This document shows positions 14,427-24,650 of a DNA stretch of 64,000 bases, one piece after another; within the stretch, counting starts at the first letter, position 1; the number at the start of each line of letters is the position of its first letter. The position numbers and the translations under genes are program-made. Source of the DNA: Alphaproteobacteria bacterium HGW-Alphaproteobacteria-14 (GTDB lineage: Bacteria > Pseudomonadota > Alphaproteobacteria > Sphingomonadales > Sphingomonadaceae). The notes under the pieces are model-generated. The model made no database searches. It was given only the letters and a program-made list of their open reading frames with translations, and was not told the origin of the DNA. Where the stretch lies: NCBI GenBank assembly GCA_002842925.1, contig PHEL01000001.1, positions 6,691-70,690 on the forward strand, in the 5' to 3' direction.

Positions 14427-14702
14427 ATGCAAAATCCAACAATGGGCCGCCAGATTATCCGCTGGGGATGGACGCTTAGCGTTTTCATTCTGCTGAGCTT
14501 TCTAGTCTATATTGCGTTCGGCCTGCTGATGCCCGGACGCTTCCACATGCATGAGGCGTGGGCGCCGCTGCTGCCGGGGTTTGAGTGGCTGACATGGCCC
14601 GGCTTTATCGCAGGCGCGGTCGGTAGCTTTCTCTATGGCTGGTATATCGCCGTATTGATCGTTCCGCTTTATCGCTTCTTCGGGCGCGGGCAGCCGTCAT
14701 GA
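14427..14702 (+). CDS. Small membrane protein (DUF5676-like)
   Basis: [24 protein letters not shown]...YGWY; RBS AAGGGAG; coupled to the ATPase. Confidence 0.75.
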   Translation: MQNPTMGRQIIRWGWTLSVFILLSFLVYIAFGLLMPGRFHMHEAWAPLLPGFEWLTWPGFIAGAVGSFLYGWYIAVLIVPLYRFFGRGQPS

Positions 14703-17014
14703 GCGGCTATATTTGTCCCATGCACCCTGAAGTCCGGCAGGACGAGCCGGGCGACTGTCCGAAATGCGGAATGCATCTCGTACCGGACGACGGCCAGCAA
14801 AGCAGCACGCATTCCGAATGCCACGCTTCGCATGGCCAGAAGGAACACCAACCGAGCGATGGCAGCTATGATCAGGTGCCAGAGGGATACACCGGCACTG
14901 TCTATACCTGCCCGATGCATCCACAGGTGCGCCAAACCAAAATGGGATCATGCCCGATCTGCGGTATGGGGCTGGAGCTGGAATCCGCCAGCATGGTGGA
15001 GGACGGCCCCAATCCGGAGCTGGTCGATTTTACCAGGCGTTTCTGGGTCGGCGCCATTCTCACTATACCGTTGCTAATTCTGACCATGGGGCCATTCGTT
15101 GGTCTTGGCGGTATCCGCGAGGCGTTAGGTGAGCGAACAACGCTGTGGATCGAATTTGCGCTCGGAACGCCGGTAGTCCTGTGGTGCGGCTGGCCGTTCC
15201 TTGTCCGCGGCTGGAATTCCTTCCGGACAATGAACCTCAATATGTTCTCGCTCATCGCAATGGGGGTTATGGCGGCGTGGCTGTTCAGCATTGTCGCTGT
15301 GCTTGTCCCGGGCATCTTCCCTGACGGTTTTCGCGATGCAGAAGGTAATGTCGCGGTCTATTTCGAAGCTGCCGCAGTGATCGTCACTCTGGTCCTGCTG
15401 GGACAGGTTATGGAGCTGCGCGCCCGCGAAGGCACCGGCAAGGCCATCCGCGCCCTGCTCGACCTTGCAGCGAAGACCGCACATGTCATCCGGCCCGATG
15501 GTACTGAAGAAGAAATCGAGCTGGAGGACGTCCAGGTGGGCGACCACCTACGCGTCCGGCCCGGTGACAAGGTTCCGGTCGATGGCACTGTACTGGAAGG
15601 ACGGTCTTCCATTGATGAGAGCATGGTGTCGGGCGAACCTGTGCCAATTGAAAAAGTCGCTGGCGATCAAATTACCGGTGCGACCATCAACGGCACCGGG
15701 AGTCTGGTGATGGAGGCGACCCGTGTCGGTTCGGACACGATGCTGGCGCAAATCGTCCAGATGGTCGCGAACGCTCAACGCTCGCGCGCGCCGATCCAGA
15801 AATATGCCGACAAAGTTGCAGGCTGGTTCGTTCCAGCGGTGATCGGCATTGCCGTGCTGGCCTTTATCGCTTGGGCAATCTGGGGACCTGCTCCGGCGCT
15901 CGCCTATGCCCTGATCGCGGCCGTCTCGGTCCTGATCATTGCCTGCCCCTGCGCATTGGGCCTCGCCACGCCGATGTCGATCATGACCGCAACGGGGCGC
16001 GGTGCGCAGGCAGGCGTTCTGATCAAGAATGCCGAGGCGCTCGAACGCTTCGAGACGATCGATACGCTGATCGTCGACAAGACCGGCACGCTGACCGAGG
16101 GCAAGCCCCGGCTGGTCGCCGTGATGCCGGAGGATGGGCATGACGAGGCGGAAGTGCTGCATCTTGCAGCCTCGCTTGAACGCGGGTCGGAACATCCGCT
16201 GGCCGAAGCAATCGTGCGCGGTGCGGAGGAGCGCGGCGCTGCAATGGATAACGCGAGCGACTTCGAAGCCATCACTGGCAAGGGGGTCACGGGCAAAGTT
16301 GGCGGCCGGTCCGTTGCCCTTGGTAACCTCGCGTTGATAAATGACATGGGTCTCGAAGCAGCAGCGCTGACGCAGAAGGCCAACGCCAGACGCGACGAAG
16401 GCGAGACGGTGATGTTTGTCGTAGTCGATGGCACCATCGCTGGTCTCGTCGCGGTGGCCGATCCGGTAAAGGAAACCACCCCTGCGGCGCTCAAAGAACT
16501 GCACGCTCTGGGCCTGCGCATCATTATGGCAACCGGTGACAACGAACGGACGGCCAAGGCAGTTGCCGCGCGGCTTGGTATTGATGAAATCCGCGCCGAT
16601 ATTCTGCCCGAAGACAAGGCCCGCATCATTCGCGAGCTCCAGGCCGAAGGCGCGAAAGTTGCGATGGCCGGAGACGGTGTCAACGATGCGCCAGCGCTCG
16701 CGCAAGCAGATGTCGGAATCGCGATGGGCACCGGGGCGGATGTGGCAATCGAAAGCGCCGGAATAACGTTGGTCCGCGGCAATCTCGATGGGATCGTGCG
16801 CGCTCGCCGCCTTGCGAAGGCGACGATGGGCAACATCCGTCAGAACCTGTTCTTTGCATTGATCTACAACGCGGCCGGGGTGCCAGTCGCAGCTGGTTTG
16901 CTCTATCCGTTCTTTGGCATCCTGATCAGCCCGATGTTTGCCGCCTTCGCCATGAGCGCATCCTCCATCTCGGTGGTCCTCAATTCGCTGCGGCTGCGGA
17001 CCGCAAAATTGTGA
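14699..17014 (+). CDS. Cu(I)-translocating P1B-type ATPase with N-terminal YxCPMHP metal-binding domains
   Basis: Two YxCPMHP domains, [44 protein letters not shown]. Confidence 0.95.
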   Translation: MSGYICPMHPEVRQDEPGDCPKCGMHLVPDDGQQSSTHSECHASHGQKEHQPSDGSYDQVPEGYTGTVYTCPMHPQVRQTKMGSCPICGMGLELESASMVEDGPNPELVDFTRRFWVGAILTIPLLILTMGPFVGLGGIREALGERTTLWIEFALGTPVVLWCGWPFLVRGWNSFRTMNLNMFSLIAMGVMAAWLFSIVAVLVPGIFPDGFRDAEGNVAVYFEAAAVIVTLVLLGQVMELRAREGTGKAIRALLDLAAKTAHVIRPDGTEEEIELEDVQVGDHLRVRPGDKVPVDGTVLEGRSSIDESMVSGEPVPIEKVAGDQITGATINGTGSLVMEATRVGSDTMLAQIVQMVANAQRSRAPIQKYADKVAGWFVPAVIGIAVLAFIAWAIWGPAPALAYALIAAVSVLIIACPCALGLATPMSIMTATGRGAQAGVLIKNAEALERFETIDTLIVDKTGTLTEGKPRLVAVMPEDGHDEAEVLHLAASLERGSEHPLAEAIVRGAEERGAAMDNASDFEAITGKGVTGKVGGRSVALGNLALINDMGLEAAALTQKANARRDEGETVMFVVVDGTIAGLVAVADPVKETTPAALKELHALGLRIIMATGDNERTAKAVAARLGIDEIRADILPEDKARIIRELQAEGAKVAMAGDGVNDAPALAQADVGIAMGTGADVAIESAGITLVRGNLDGIVRARRLAKATMGNIRQNLFFALIYNAAGVPVAAGLLYPFFGILISPMFAAFAMSASSISVVLNSLRLRTAKL

Positions 17015-18408
17015 GCGAACAGCAAGGCGGCCAACACAGCCAACATGCGAATGATGGCAAGGATGACGGTGCAGGGACGATAAGTCTTACCGGAGCCGTC
17101 GCGATGGGCACGGGCGTGATGATTGGCGCGGGCATTTTCGCGCTGACGGGGCAGATTGCCGAGCTGGCAGGCCCACTTTTTCCGCTGTCGTTTGTTGTGG
17201 GCGGGGTGGTCACCTCGCTGGCCGCCTATAGCTATATCAAGATGTCGAATGCCTGGCCGTCTTCCGGCGGCATCGCGATGATCCTCCAGAAGGCATATGG
17301 CCCCGGAGTTGTCGCAGCATCTGCGTCGCTGCTGATGGCCCTATCGATGGTGATCAGCGAAAGTCTGGTGGCAAGAACCTTTGCAACCTATGCGCTTCGT
17401 CCCTTCGATCAGGAGGGGAATGGACCGTTGGTGTCCGCACTGGCGCTGGCCCTGATCGTGTTTGCCTATTTCGTGAATGCATCGGGCAATCGATCGGTGA
17501 GCGGCTTTTCGCTAGTCATGTCAGCGATCAAGATTGGCGGGATTGCCCTTTTTGCCGTCGCTGCCATTTGGGCAAGCGGCTTTTCCTCCGGAGCATTTGT
17601 TGAGGAGATCTCGCTGACGAGCGGCGAGGCGTTTCTTGCTTCGGTGGCCTTCTCAATCCTCGCCTTCAAAGGCTTTACGACCATTACCAACAGTGGCGGT
17701 GAGATCGTCAATCCACATCGCAATGTTGGCCGCACGATCATCATCTCGATCGGCATTTGCGTGGTCACTTACCTGCTGGTCGCGCTGGCAGTTGGCTCGA
17801 GCTTGTCCATCGGCCAGATCGTCGAAGCTCGCGACTATTCATTGGCAGCCGCCGCCGAACCCGCGCTTGGCCAGATCGGGTTCTACTTCACCATCATCAT
17901 CGCGCTGGCAGCGACCGCCTCCGGCGTGATTGCCAGCGTCTTCGCCGTTTCGCGCATGCTGACGATGCTGACCGATATGAAGATGATCCCGCATAGCCAC
18001 TTCGGGATGAGCGGCGGGATTCGCAGCCATATGCTGATCTACACCGTCGTCGTGGCGGGGGCGCTTGCGGTCTTGTTCGATTTGTCGCGGATCGCTTCGC
18101 TTGGTGCGTTTTTCTACCTGGTTATGGATATGCTCGTGCATTGGGGTGTCTTTCGGACATTGCGAAACGAAGTTGGAGCAAGAGCATCCGTCCTGCTCGC
18201 CGCACTGGCCGCTGACGGCGTAATTCTTATTGCATTTGCGACTATGAAGCTCCGCACAGATCCGCTGATCGTTTTTTATGCGATTGCCGGAATCGCGATC
18301 GTGTTCCTAGGCGAATGGATCTTCCTTTCGCGCCAGAAAGATCATTCAAAACAAGGACCGCAACCTGCTGCCAATGGTTCAGCGAAGATGGGGCCGCACG
18401 ATCACTGA
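17011..18408 (+). CDS. APC-family amino-acid permease
   Basis: [35 protein letters not shown]; about 12 TM segments; GTGA overlap with the ATPase. Confidence 0.88.
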   Translation: MSEQQGGQHSQHANDGKDDGAGTISLTGAVAMGTGVMIGAGIFALTGQIAELAGPLFPLSFVVGGVVTSLAAYSYIKMSNAWPSSGGIAMILQKAYGPGVVAASASLLMALSMVISESLVARTFATYALRPFDQEGNGPLVSALALALIVFAYFVNASGNRSVSGFSLVMSAIKIGGIALFAVAAIWASGFSSGAFVEEISLTSGEAFLASVAFSILAFKGFTTITNSGGEIVNPHRNVGRTIIISIGICVVTYLLVALAVGSSLSIGQIVEARDYSLAAAAEPALGQIGFYFTIIIALAATASGVIASVFAVSRMLTMLTDMKMIPHSHFGMSGGIRSHMLIYTVVVAGALAVLFDLSRIASLGAFFYLVMDMLVHWGVFRTLRNEVGARASVLLAALAADGVILIAFATMKLRTDPLIVFYAIAGIAIVFLGEWIFLSRQKDHSKQGPQPAANGSAKMGPHDH

Positions 18409-18859
18409 ACCCATTTTTCACCGACTCGATAAACCCGAAACATGGATTGCTATTCACGGCTTTCTTGTCTCGTTCGCCTGGGAAATGTTCCAGATGCCGT
18501 TCTATGCAATGGATCAACTGTCGGCGTGGCAAGTTACGAAGAGCTGCGGCATTGCTTCGGTGGGTGATGCCGGAATAATGGTATTCGCCTACTGGATCGC
18601 GACAATTGCAACCGGCGATCGCTTGTGGCTTCGAGATGCGCGCGCCCGACCCCTCACAGTATATTTAGGCACCGGGCTGTCGATTACGATAGTCGTCGAA
18701 CACTTGGCGCTCCGCAGCGATTGGGGCTGGCAATATGATGACACAATGCCGTTAATCGGTGGCGTAGGGCTGGTGCCATTGGTCATGTGGATCATTGTGC
18801 CATTGGTAACGATGAAACTGGCAGAGCGATCGGTCGTGCACAGCGGGTCGGCGCCGTAA
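18374..18859 (+). CDS. Hypothetical multi-pass membrane protein (start uncertain)
   Basis: FAWEMFQMPFY...GDA...WQYDDTMPLIGGVGLVPL; four hydrophobic segments. Confidence 0.65.
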   Translation: MVQRRWGRTITEPIFHRLDKPETWIAIHGFLVSFAWEMFQMPFYAMDQLSAWQVTKSCGIASVGDAGIMVFAYWIATIATGDRLWLRDARARPLTVYLGTGLSITIVVEHLALRSDWGWQYDDTMPLIGGVGLVPLVMWIIVPLVTMKLAERSVVHSGSAP

Positions 18860-18976
18860 GCAGATTAGAAAATCGACGAGCTAATTCTCTCAATTGCGTA
18901 CACCATGCTGACGGCCAGTGAGTTGCGGGCGTTCGGTTTCGGAGTGTAGGCACGGGTCGAGCTTTGCGCTGGAGCG

Positions 18977-19608
18977 GGGGAAGGCCTTCCCCTGAGCCGG
19001 AGCCGCTTTGCTGTCTCCTGCTACCCCTTCTGCGGGGACACCCCGCAACGCCCCGGTAAGCGGAGCGGGGCTGATGACGCGCTCTGTCCCGCGCATCTGA
19101 CGATGCGCTCCTGAGGGCGCGCTAGTGTTTGTTCCGGGCCCCGCGCGCACTCTGATTGCAGCTTACATTGTCATGAGGATCGGCCTGCCGGACGACAGGC
19201 CCCGCCGGGGCGGCCGATCCCGAGACTGGCACCACACGCTTCCATTCAGGGTGCGCATTTCTTGTCTTGAGAACCTCGCTGGTCGCTCGGCCCCGATTCG
19301 CGGCATGAGCAGGTTGCGGCGGACGGCGCGCGGACGTGATTTCGAGTGAAATGGGACATTTCACGGTCCCGGAAATCACGCGACAAACACTGCGCGCCGG
19401 CGTTGTTGGTGTCGGCCCGCGAAAGTGGCGGGGTGGGCGGCGCTCCCGTCTAGGCACGGTCCGGCCAGCCGCAACCCGGCCCTGCGGGTCCGGGTCTTCC
19501 ATTGCATTGCAGCCCTTTTCCGACCGGCTGAATTGACAACCATTTGCGTCATGCGGGTGCGGCTGTCCGGACCGCACCTTTCTGGTCGCAGTCACCGCCC
19601 ACCCCGCC
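18977..19608 (+). promoter_or_regulatory. Non-coding, hairpin-dense region upstream of ardC; candidate ssDNA (Frpo/ssi-like) promoter elements
   Basis: Perfect inverted repeats: GGGGAAGGCCTTCCCC 18977-92; AGTGTTTGT 19124 / ACAAACACT 19383; CGTGATTTC 19335 / GAAATCACG 19372; GGCGGGGTGGGCGG 19427 / CCGCCCACCCCGCC 19595. TTGACA at 19533. Confidence 0.6.
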
Positions 19609-19655
19609 CCTTCCGGGGGCCGGTGTGCGGATTTGGGCAGTTCGGGAGAAGGGCG

Positions 19656-20633
19656 ATGGCGCGTAAAGTTTCAAAAGGCAGAGCAGGTGGCAGGCGTAGA
19701 GGGGCGGCGCGCAGCGCCGCGCGCGGGAATGGCTCCCGCGCATCGCTTTATGATGAGGTCACGCAAACAATCATTGCCCAGCTTGAGGGCGGCGTGTTTC
19801 CTTGGGTCAGGCCGTGGAGCAAGGCCAAGGCCTCGCCCGGCCTGCCATGCAATGCGGTGACCAAGCGGGCTTACTCTGGGATCAATGTGCTGGTCCTGTG
19901 GGGCGCGGTGATCGAGGGCGGCTATCCTTCGCAGGACTGGCTGACCTTTCGCCAAGCGCTGGCCGCGGGCGGCTGCGTCCGCAAGGGCGAGCGCGGGCGC
20001 ACGGTGTTCTATGCCGACCGCTTCACCCCGAAAGGCGACCGCGACGGGCATGGGCGCGAGCAGGTCGAGAGCGGCGAGGAGGCGCGCTCGATACCGTTTC
20101 TCAAGCGCTTTACCGTGTTTAATGCCGCGCAATGCGATGGCTTGCCCGAAGGGCTGGTGTCGCAGCCAGCGCCGCTGCCCGAACGCGAATTGCACCGCGC
20201 TGCCGAAGGCCTGATTGCCGCGACGGGAGCGGATTTCCGGATTGGCGGGGCGCAGGCTTACTATTCGCCATCCGGCGATTTCGTGATGGTGCCGCCGCAA
20301 CCGGCCTTTCATCACCAGATCGACTATTACCGCACCGCTCTGCACGAGCTGGGCCACTGGACCGGTCACGGCTCGCGGTTGGGCCGCGACCAGACCGGAC
20401 GGTTCGGCTCTGCGCCCTATGCGCGCGAAGAACTGGTTGCCGAACTGGCCTCGGCGTTTCTGTGCGCTGCGCTCGGCATCGAACCCACGGTGCGCCATGC
20501 CGATTACTTGGGCAGTTGGCTTGAAGTGCTGCGCGCAGACAATCGCGCGATTTTCCGCGCCGCCAGTCAGGCGAGCAAGTCCGCCGAGTTCCTGCTGCAT
20601 TGTCAGCCGAACGAACGGGAGCAGGCGGCATGA
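19656..20633 (+). CDS. ardC: ArdC/DUF1738 ssDNA-binding antirestriction protein with zincin-like domain
   Basis: LYDEVTQTIIAQLE-G-FPWVRPW, YSGINVLVLW, VRKGERG, TALHELGHWTGH, YAREELVAEL. Start moved to 19656. Confidence 0.93.
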   Translation: MARKVSKGRAGGRRRGAARSAARGNGSRASLYDEVTQTIIAQLEGGVFPWVRPWSKAKASPGLPCNAVTKRAYSGINVLVLWGAVIEGGYPSQDWLTFRQALAAGGCVRKGERGRTVFYADRFTPKGDRDGHGREQVESGEEARSIPFLKRFTVFNAAQCDGLPEGLVSQPAPLPERELHRAAEGLIAATGADFRIGGAQAYYSPSGDFVMVPPQPAFHHQIDYYRTALHELGHWTGHGSRLGRDQTGRFGSAPYAREELVAELASAFLCAALGIEPTVRHADYLGSWLEVLRADNRAIFRAASQASKSAEFLLHCQPNEREQAA

Positions 20634-20848
20634 GCAGGGCAAACGATCCCAGCGCGCCGCCGCGCGCCTTCGAGGCCGAGGACACCGAGGCCGGTGCGCA
20701 GACGCTGGTTCCCGGCGTTGCGCCAGTTACGCTGGGCGAGCGGCTTGGCCTCCTCGCCAATGCGCCGCTGCTGCCGCGCAAGGGTCAGCGCCCCGCCAAT
20801 CACGGGCTGTTCGACACGAACGCCCGCAACCAGCTCGAAATGTTCTGA
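20630..20848 (+). CDS. 72-aa protein ending in a beta-clamp-binding-like motif (QLEMF)
   Basis: ATGA overlap with ardC; ends GLFDTNARNQLEMF-stop. Confidence 0.7.
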   Translation: MSRANDPSAPPRAFEAEDTEAGAQTLVPGVAPVTLGERLGLLANAPLLPRKGQRPANHGLFDTNARNQLEMF

Positions 20849-20862
20849 CCGGAGGCGATGCA

Positions 20863-21264
20863 ATGGACTTTCTCACCCAATCCTTGCGCGAGCGCCTGTT
20901 GGCCAATGGTCGATGCGAGGCCGACCATGTGCCCCTCGTCAAATTGTTCAATCCGATTGGCGCGGCGACCTGGCTGTTTACCGAACTCGGCAGCGATGGC
21001 GATACTCTGTTCGGGCTGTGCGATCTCGGTTTCGGCTTTCCCGAACTGGGCTGCGCAAGCCTGTCGGAAATCGCCTCGGTGCGCCTGCCGCTGGGCCTCA
21101 GGATCGAGCGCGATGTGCATTTTGCCGCCGAGCATCCGCTCTCGGTCTATGCCGAGGCGGCGCGGTTTTGCGGCCAGATCACCGAGCACCCCGACCATTT
21201 GACCCGCGCGGCAGCGGCGCTGGCGCGCGCCGGAGAGTCAGGGCGAAGCCGTTCACCGCCGTAG
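20863..21264 (+). CDS. DUF2958 family protein
   Basis: PLVKLFNPIGAATWLFTEL..DGDTLFGLCDLGFGFPELG...LRIERD; RBS GGAGG. Confidence 0.88.
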   Translation: MDFLTQSLRERLLANGRCEADHVPLVKLFNPIGAATWLFTELGSDGDTLFGLCDLGFGFPELGCASLSEIASVRLPLGLRIERDVHFAAEHPLSVYAEAARFCGQITEHPDHLTRAAAALARAGESGRSRSPP

Positions 21265-21283
21265 CCCCAACCGGCGGATGATG

Positions 21284-21366
21284 CCCGCATCGGACCCGTC
21301 CCTTCGATGCGGGACACACCGGCCCCGCCTTCCGCCTCCCAAGCCCCCCGACCGGAGGGCGGGGCC
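21284..21366. promoter_or_regulatory. Two GC-rich hairpins upstream of the parB-like gene
   Basis: CCCGCATCG 21284 / CGATGCGGG 21305; GGCCCCGCCTTCCG 21321 / CGGAGGGCGGGGCC 21353. Confidence 0.55.
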
Positions 21367-21396
21367 ACCCTATCCAAGAGTGAATGAACAGGAGTA

Positions 21397-23196
21397 TTGA
21401 CCATGCAGATCGACCATATTCCGCTGGACCGTCTTTCGGTCTCCCCCATCAATATGCGGCGCGGGCGCAAGACCCCCGATGTCAGCGACATACTGCCTTC
21501 GGTGAAGGCGCGCGGCGTGCTCTCGCCGCTGTTCGTGCGGGCAAATGGCAAGCCCGACCATTTCGAGATTCTGGCAGGCAAGCGCCGCTATTTCGCCAGT
21601 ATCGAAGCCGCCAAGGAAAGCGGCGAGGAGCGCAATCTGCCGTGTATCGTCATCGGCGAAGGTGATGATGCCGAAGCGCTCGAAATCTCGATGATCGAGA
21701 ACCTGCTGCGGCAGGACCCCGACGAGGTCACCCAGTGGGAAAGCTTCACCCGCCTCGTGAAGGAAGGCCGCAGCCTCGAGGATATTGCCGCGACCTTCGC
21801 GCTTACCGAATTGCAGGTGAAGCGCATCCTCGCGCTCGGCAATCTTCTGCCCCGCATCCGCGAGGCCTACCGCGCCGAAGAAATTGACGCTGCAACCGTC
21901 CGCCATCTGACGCTCGCCAGCAAGGCGCAGCAGAAGGCATGGCTGGCGCTGTTCGAGGACGCGGAGGCCTATGCCCCGCGCGGCAGTCAGCTCAAAGGGT
22001 GGCTGTTTGGTGGCGCGTCGATTGCGACCGGTGTCGCGCTGTTCGACCTTGAGACCTATTCCGGCCAGATCGTTGCCGATCTGTTTGGCGAGGACGGCTA
22101 TTTCGCCGACAGCGATGCCTTCTGGGCCGCGCAGATGGCCGCAATCGATGCGCGCAAGGCCGACTATCTCGAAGCAGGCTGGGCCGATGTCGTGATCGTC
22201 CCGCCAAACGAGCATTTTGCCAGTTGGGAGTATGAACACGCCTCCAAGCGCAAGGGCGGGCGCGTCTATATCCAGTGCCGCGCCAATGGCGAGGTTGTGC
22301 TCCACGAGGGCTTTGTCAGCCGCCGCGAAGCGCAGGCGGCGGAGCGCCGTGCGCGCGGCGAGGACGGGGACACCAAGCCCGCACGGCCCGAACTGACCTC
22401 GACGCTGGCAAGCTATATCGACCTCCACCGCCATTCTGCGGTGAGCGAGCGGCTCTCGACCGCGCCGTCGCTGGCGCTGCGCGTCATGGTCGCTCATGCC
22501 ATTGCCGGTTCGCCGCTGTGGAGCATCCGCCCCGCCGATACAGCAAGCCGCAACGAGAAAATTGCGGAGAGCCTTGCCGCCAGCCCCGCAACCAAGGCTA
22601 TGGCCGGACGCCGCTGCGCAATGCTTGATTTGCTGGGTTTCGATGAAAGCCGCGAGGCGCTGTGTCAGGACCGTTACGGCAGCGACCTTGTTCCGATCCT
22701 CCATCGGCTTTTGAAGCTGGAGGATGGCGAGGTCATGCAGGTGCTCGCACTGGTCATGGCTGAAACCCTCGCCATCGGCAGCGAGGCCGTCGAATATCTT
22801 GGCCAGCATATGGGCGTGGAGATGGCCGATCACTGGCAGGCCGACGAAGCTTTTTTCGGCCTGCTGCGCGACAAGGAGGTAATGGTTGCGCTGCTTGGCG
22901 AGGTCGGCGGCGAGGCGGTGGCCAGCGCCAATGCGACCGAGAAAGGCGCAACGCTCAAAGGCCTGATCTCCGATCACCTGACCGGCGCGAACGAGCGGCC
23001 CAAGGCCGAGCGCTGGGTGCCGCGCTGGATGGCCTTCCCGCCTGATGCCTATACATCGCGTGGCGGAGTGCCGAGCGTAGCCGCTGCGAAGCGCGCGGCT
23101 TGGCTGGTCGAAGGCGAGGAGGATGAACCGGAAGGCGCGGACCTCGGTTCGGAAGACCATCAAGACACGCCGGAAGCCGACCCGCTCGCGGCCTGA
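21397..23196 (+). CDS. ParB/RepB/Spo0J-domain ICE protein
   Basis: N-terminal ParBc domain (NMRRG, GVLSPLFVR, ILAGKRRYFA, SMIENLLR), HTH, long C-terminal region ending WVPRWMAFPP. Confidence 0.88.
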   Translation: MTMQIDHIPLDRLSVSPINMRRGRKTPDVSDILPSVKARGVLSPLFVRANGKPDHFEILAGKRRYFASIEAAKESGEERNLPCIVIGEGDDAEALEISMIENLLRQDPDEVTQWESFTRLVKEGRSLEDIAATFALTELQVKRILALGNLLPRIREAYRAEEIDAATVRHLTLASKAQQKAWLALFEDAEAYAPRGSQLKGWLFGGASIATGVALFDLETYSGQIVADLFGEDGYFADSDAFWAAQMAAIDARKADYLEAGWADVVIVPPNEHFASWEYEHASKRKGGRVYIQCRANGEVVLHEGFVSRREAQAAERRARGEDGDTKPARPELTSTLASYIDLHRHSAVSERLSTAPSLALRVMVAHAIAGSPLWSIRPADTASRNEKIAESLAASPATKAMAGRRCAMLDLLGFDESREALCQDRYGSDLVPILHRLLKLEDGEVMQVLALVMAETLAIGSEAVEYLGQHMGVEMADHWQADEAFFGLLRDKEVMVALLGEVGGEAVASANATEKGATLKGLISDHLTGANERPKAERWVPRWMAFPPDAYTSRGGVPSVAAAKRAAWLVEGEEDEPEGADLGSEDHQDTPEADPLAA

Positions 23197-23211
23197 CCCA
23201 GCGCTTCTCAA

Positions 23212-23246
23212 AATGCGGGCAGCGGGACGGTCCCCCTGCCCGCATT
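23212..23246 (+). terminator. Stem-loop after the parB-like gene
   Basis: AATGCGGGCAG 23212-22 / CTGCCCGCATT 23236-46. Confidence 0.6.
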
Positions 23247-23347
23247 GTGCATCGGGGCGCTTGGTTGTATTGGTTGGCCATCGAAAAAGCACCGTGGAGG
23301 AGGTCGGGAGGTGCGTCCGGCGAATGTTCGCCATGAAAGGACGCCCC

Positions 23348-23788
23348 ATGATTGTCATTGCCGCCCTCACCGTGCTCGTCGCTGCCGTGCTGGCAGCGCG
23401 CCTGCTCTATTCGCTCTCACTCTACGCCCTGCCGCTCTGGTGCGGCGGGACAGTCGCTTGGTGGACTTTTGCCAGCGGGGCGGGCTGGCCGCTTGCGGCC
23501 TGTGCCGGACTGGCAGCTGCCACACTGCTGCTGGTTGCCGCCCATCTGCTCGCCGGTGCGCGCTCCCCTGTTTTGCGACTCGTGCCGGTTGCAGGCTTCG
23601 GCCTGTGCGGCGGAGTGGCGGGCTATCATGCGGCGCATGGCCTTACCCTTGCTTTCCTACCCGATGGCCTGATCGTCCAGGGGCTGAGCCTCGCGGCAGC
23701 CATGCTGATCGGGAGCGCTGCGGCCCTGCGCTGGCTCGCCGTTCGCGGTGGCGCTACCCCATCGCCGAACCCGCCATCATGGGTGTAA
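23348..23788 (+). CDS. Hypothetical membrane protein
   Basis: RBS GAAAGGA then ATG 23348; 4-5 hydrophobic helices; GYHAAHG. Confidence 0.65.
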   Translation: MIVIAALTVLVAAVLAARLLYSLSLYALPLWCGGTVAWWTFASGAGWPLAACAGLAAATLLLVAAHLLAGARSPVLRLVPVAGFGLCGGVAGYHAAHGLTLAFLPDGLIVQGLSLAAAMLIGSAAALRWLAVRGGATPSPNPPSWV

Positions 23789-24117
23789 GTCGTTTGCCGG
23801 ACTGGGCGATTGTCGGAACCGGCTCTTCCTCGATAATGCGCTGACATGGCCCAACTGGCTGTCAGCAGCGATGGTCGCTGATCCGAAACGCGGACGGGCA
23901 ATTTGCGAGCCTGATGTTCACTGACTTCGATTCCGTGCAACCTGCGGCACCCCACAGGGCGATCACTTTTTGCCCGATACTAACCCGCTCAAGGTAAGTA
24001 CGCCGATTGGTGTCCTGATCCGCCGTTTTCGCATGGCGTCACCTGCCCCACCTGCTGCCTCGTGCATGGCCTTTCTGGCGGCGGACGGGCTTCGCCCTTG
24101 CGGGGCTTCGGGGCGCA

Positions 24118-24198
24118 ACGGCGCGGGATCGGCTATTTTCCGCCGGGCACCGGGGTGCCCTTTGCATCGCGAAACAAAATAGCCGCTCCCGCTGCCGT
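24118..24198. promoter_or_regulatory. About 80-nt branched fold-back upstream of DUF736
   Basis: CGGCTATTTT 24130 / AAAATAGCCG 24176; inner GGGCACC 24145 / GGTGCCC 24154; outer ACGGC-GCGGGA / TCCCGC-GCCGT. Confidence 0.6.
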
Positions 24199-24313
24199 CC
24201 TTCGCTGTCGCTACGGTCCCTGACGGGATGCGCCCGCCCCGCACAACCGCCCTTGCATGGCCATCGAGGCTGCGATGGGCGCAGGTTCGAACCAAAGCGA
24301 AAGGAATTTCATC

Positions 24314-24637
24314 ATGGCCAATATCGGCAACTTCACCACCACGGGCACCGGCTACAAGGGCGAGATCGTCACCATGAGCGTGCAGCAGAAGAATGTGCGC
24401 ATCGTCGCCGAAAGCGAACAAGCAAGCGAGAACGCTCCCTCGCACCGGGTCTTCGTCGGCCGCGCCGAAATCGGTGCCGCCTGGAGCAAGCAGAGCCAGG
24501 AAGGCCGCGACTATCTCTCGGTCAAGCTCGACGACCCAAGCTTCGTCGCTCCGATCTACGCGAACCTTTTCGCCGAAGATGATGGCGAGAATTTCAGCCT
24601 GATCTGGACCCGCAGCCGCAAGGTCAATGGCGAGTAA
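24314..24637 (+). CDS. DUF736 family protein (copy 1)
   Basis: MANIGNF...APSHRVFVGRAEIGAAW...YLSVKLDDPSFVAPIYANL...LIWTR. Confidence 0.92.
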   Translation: MANIGNFTTTGTGYKGEIVTMSVQQKNVRIVAESEQASENAPSHRVFVGRAEIGAAWSKQSQEGRDYLSVKLDDPSFVAPIYANLFAEDDGENFSLIWTRSRKVNGE

Positions 24638-24650
24638 CCGCCGCAAGGCT

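Noticed and set aside
15548-16836. Long antisense ORFs (385 and 310 aa) opposite the Cu ATPase
   Set aside because: Shadow frames of a GC-rich coding gene; no motifs.
18970-18978. TGGAGCGGG matches the tRNA-Gly 3' end (possible second att)
   Set aside because: Only 9 bp in GC-rich DNA, diverges immediately, and no integrase is nearby.
18890-19655. Several 60-160 aa ORFs and the long 5' extension of ardC
   Set aside because: No family motifs; they overlap a hairpin-dense region better explained as non-coding.
21370-23370. 666-aa antisense ORF opposite the parB-like gene
   Set aside because: Shadow ORF; the sense gene has clear ParB motifs.
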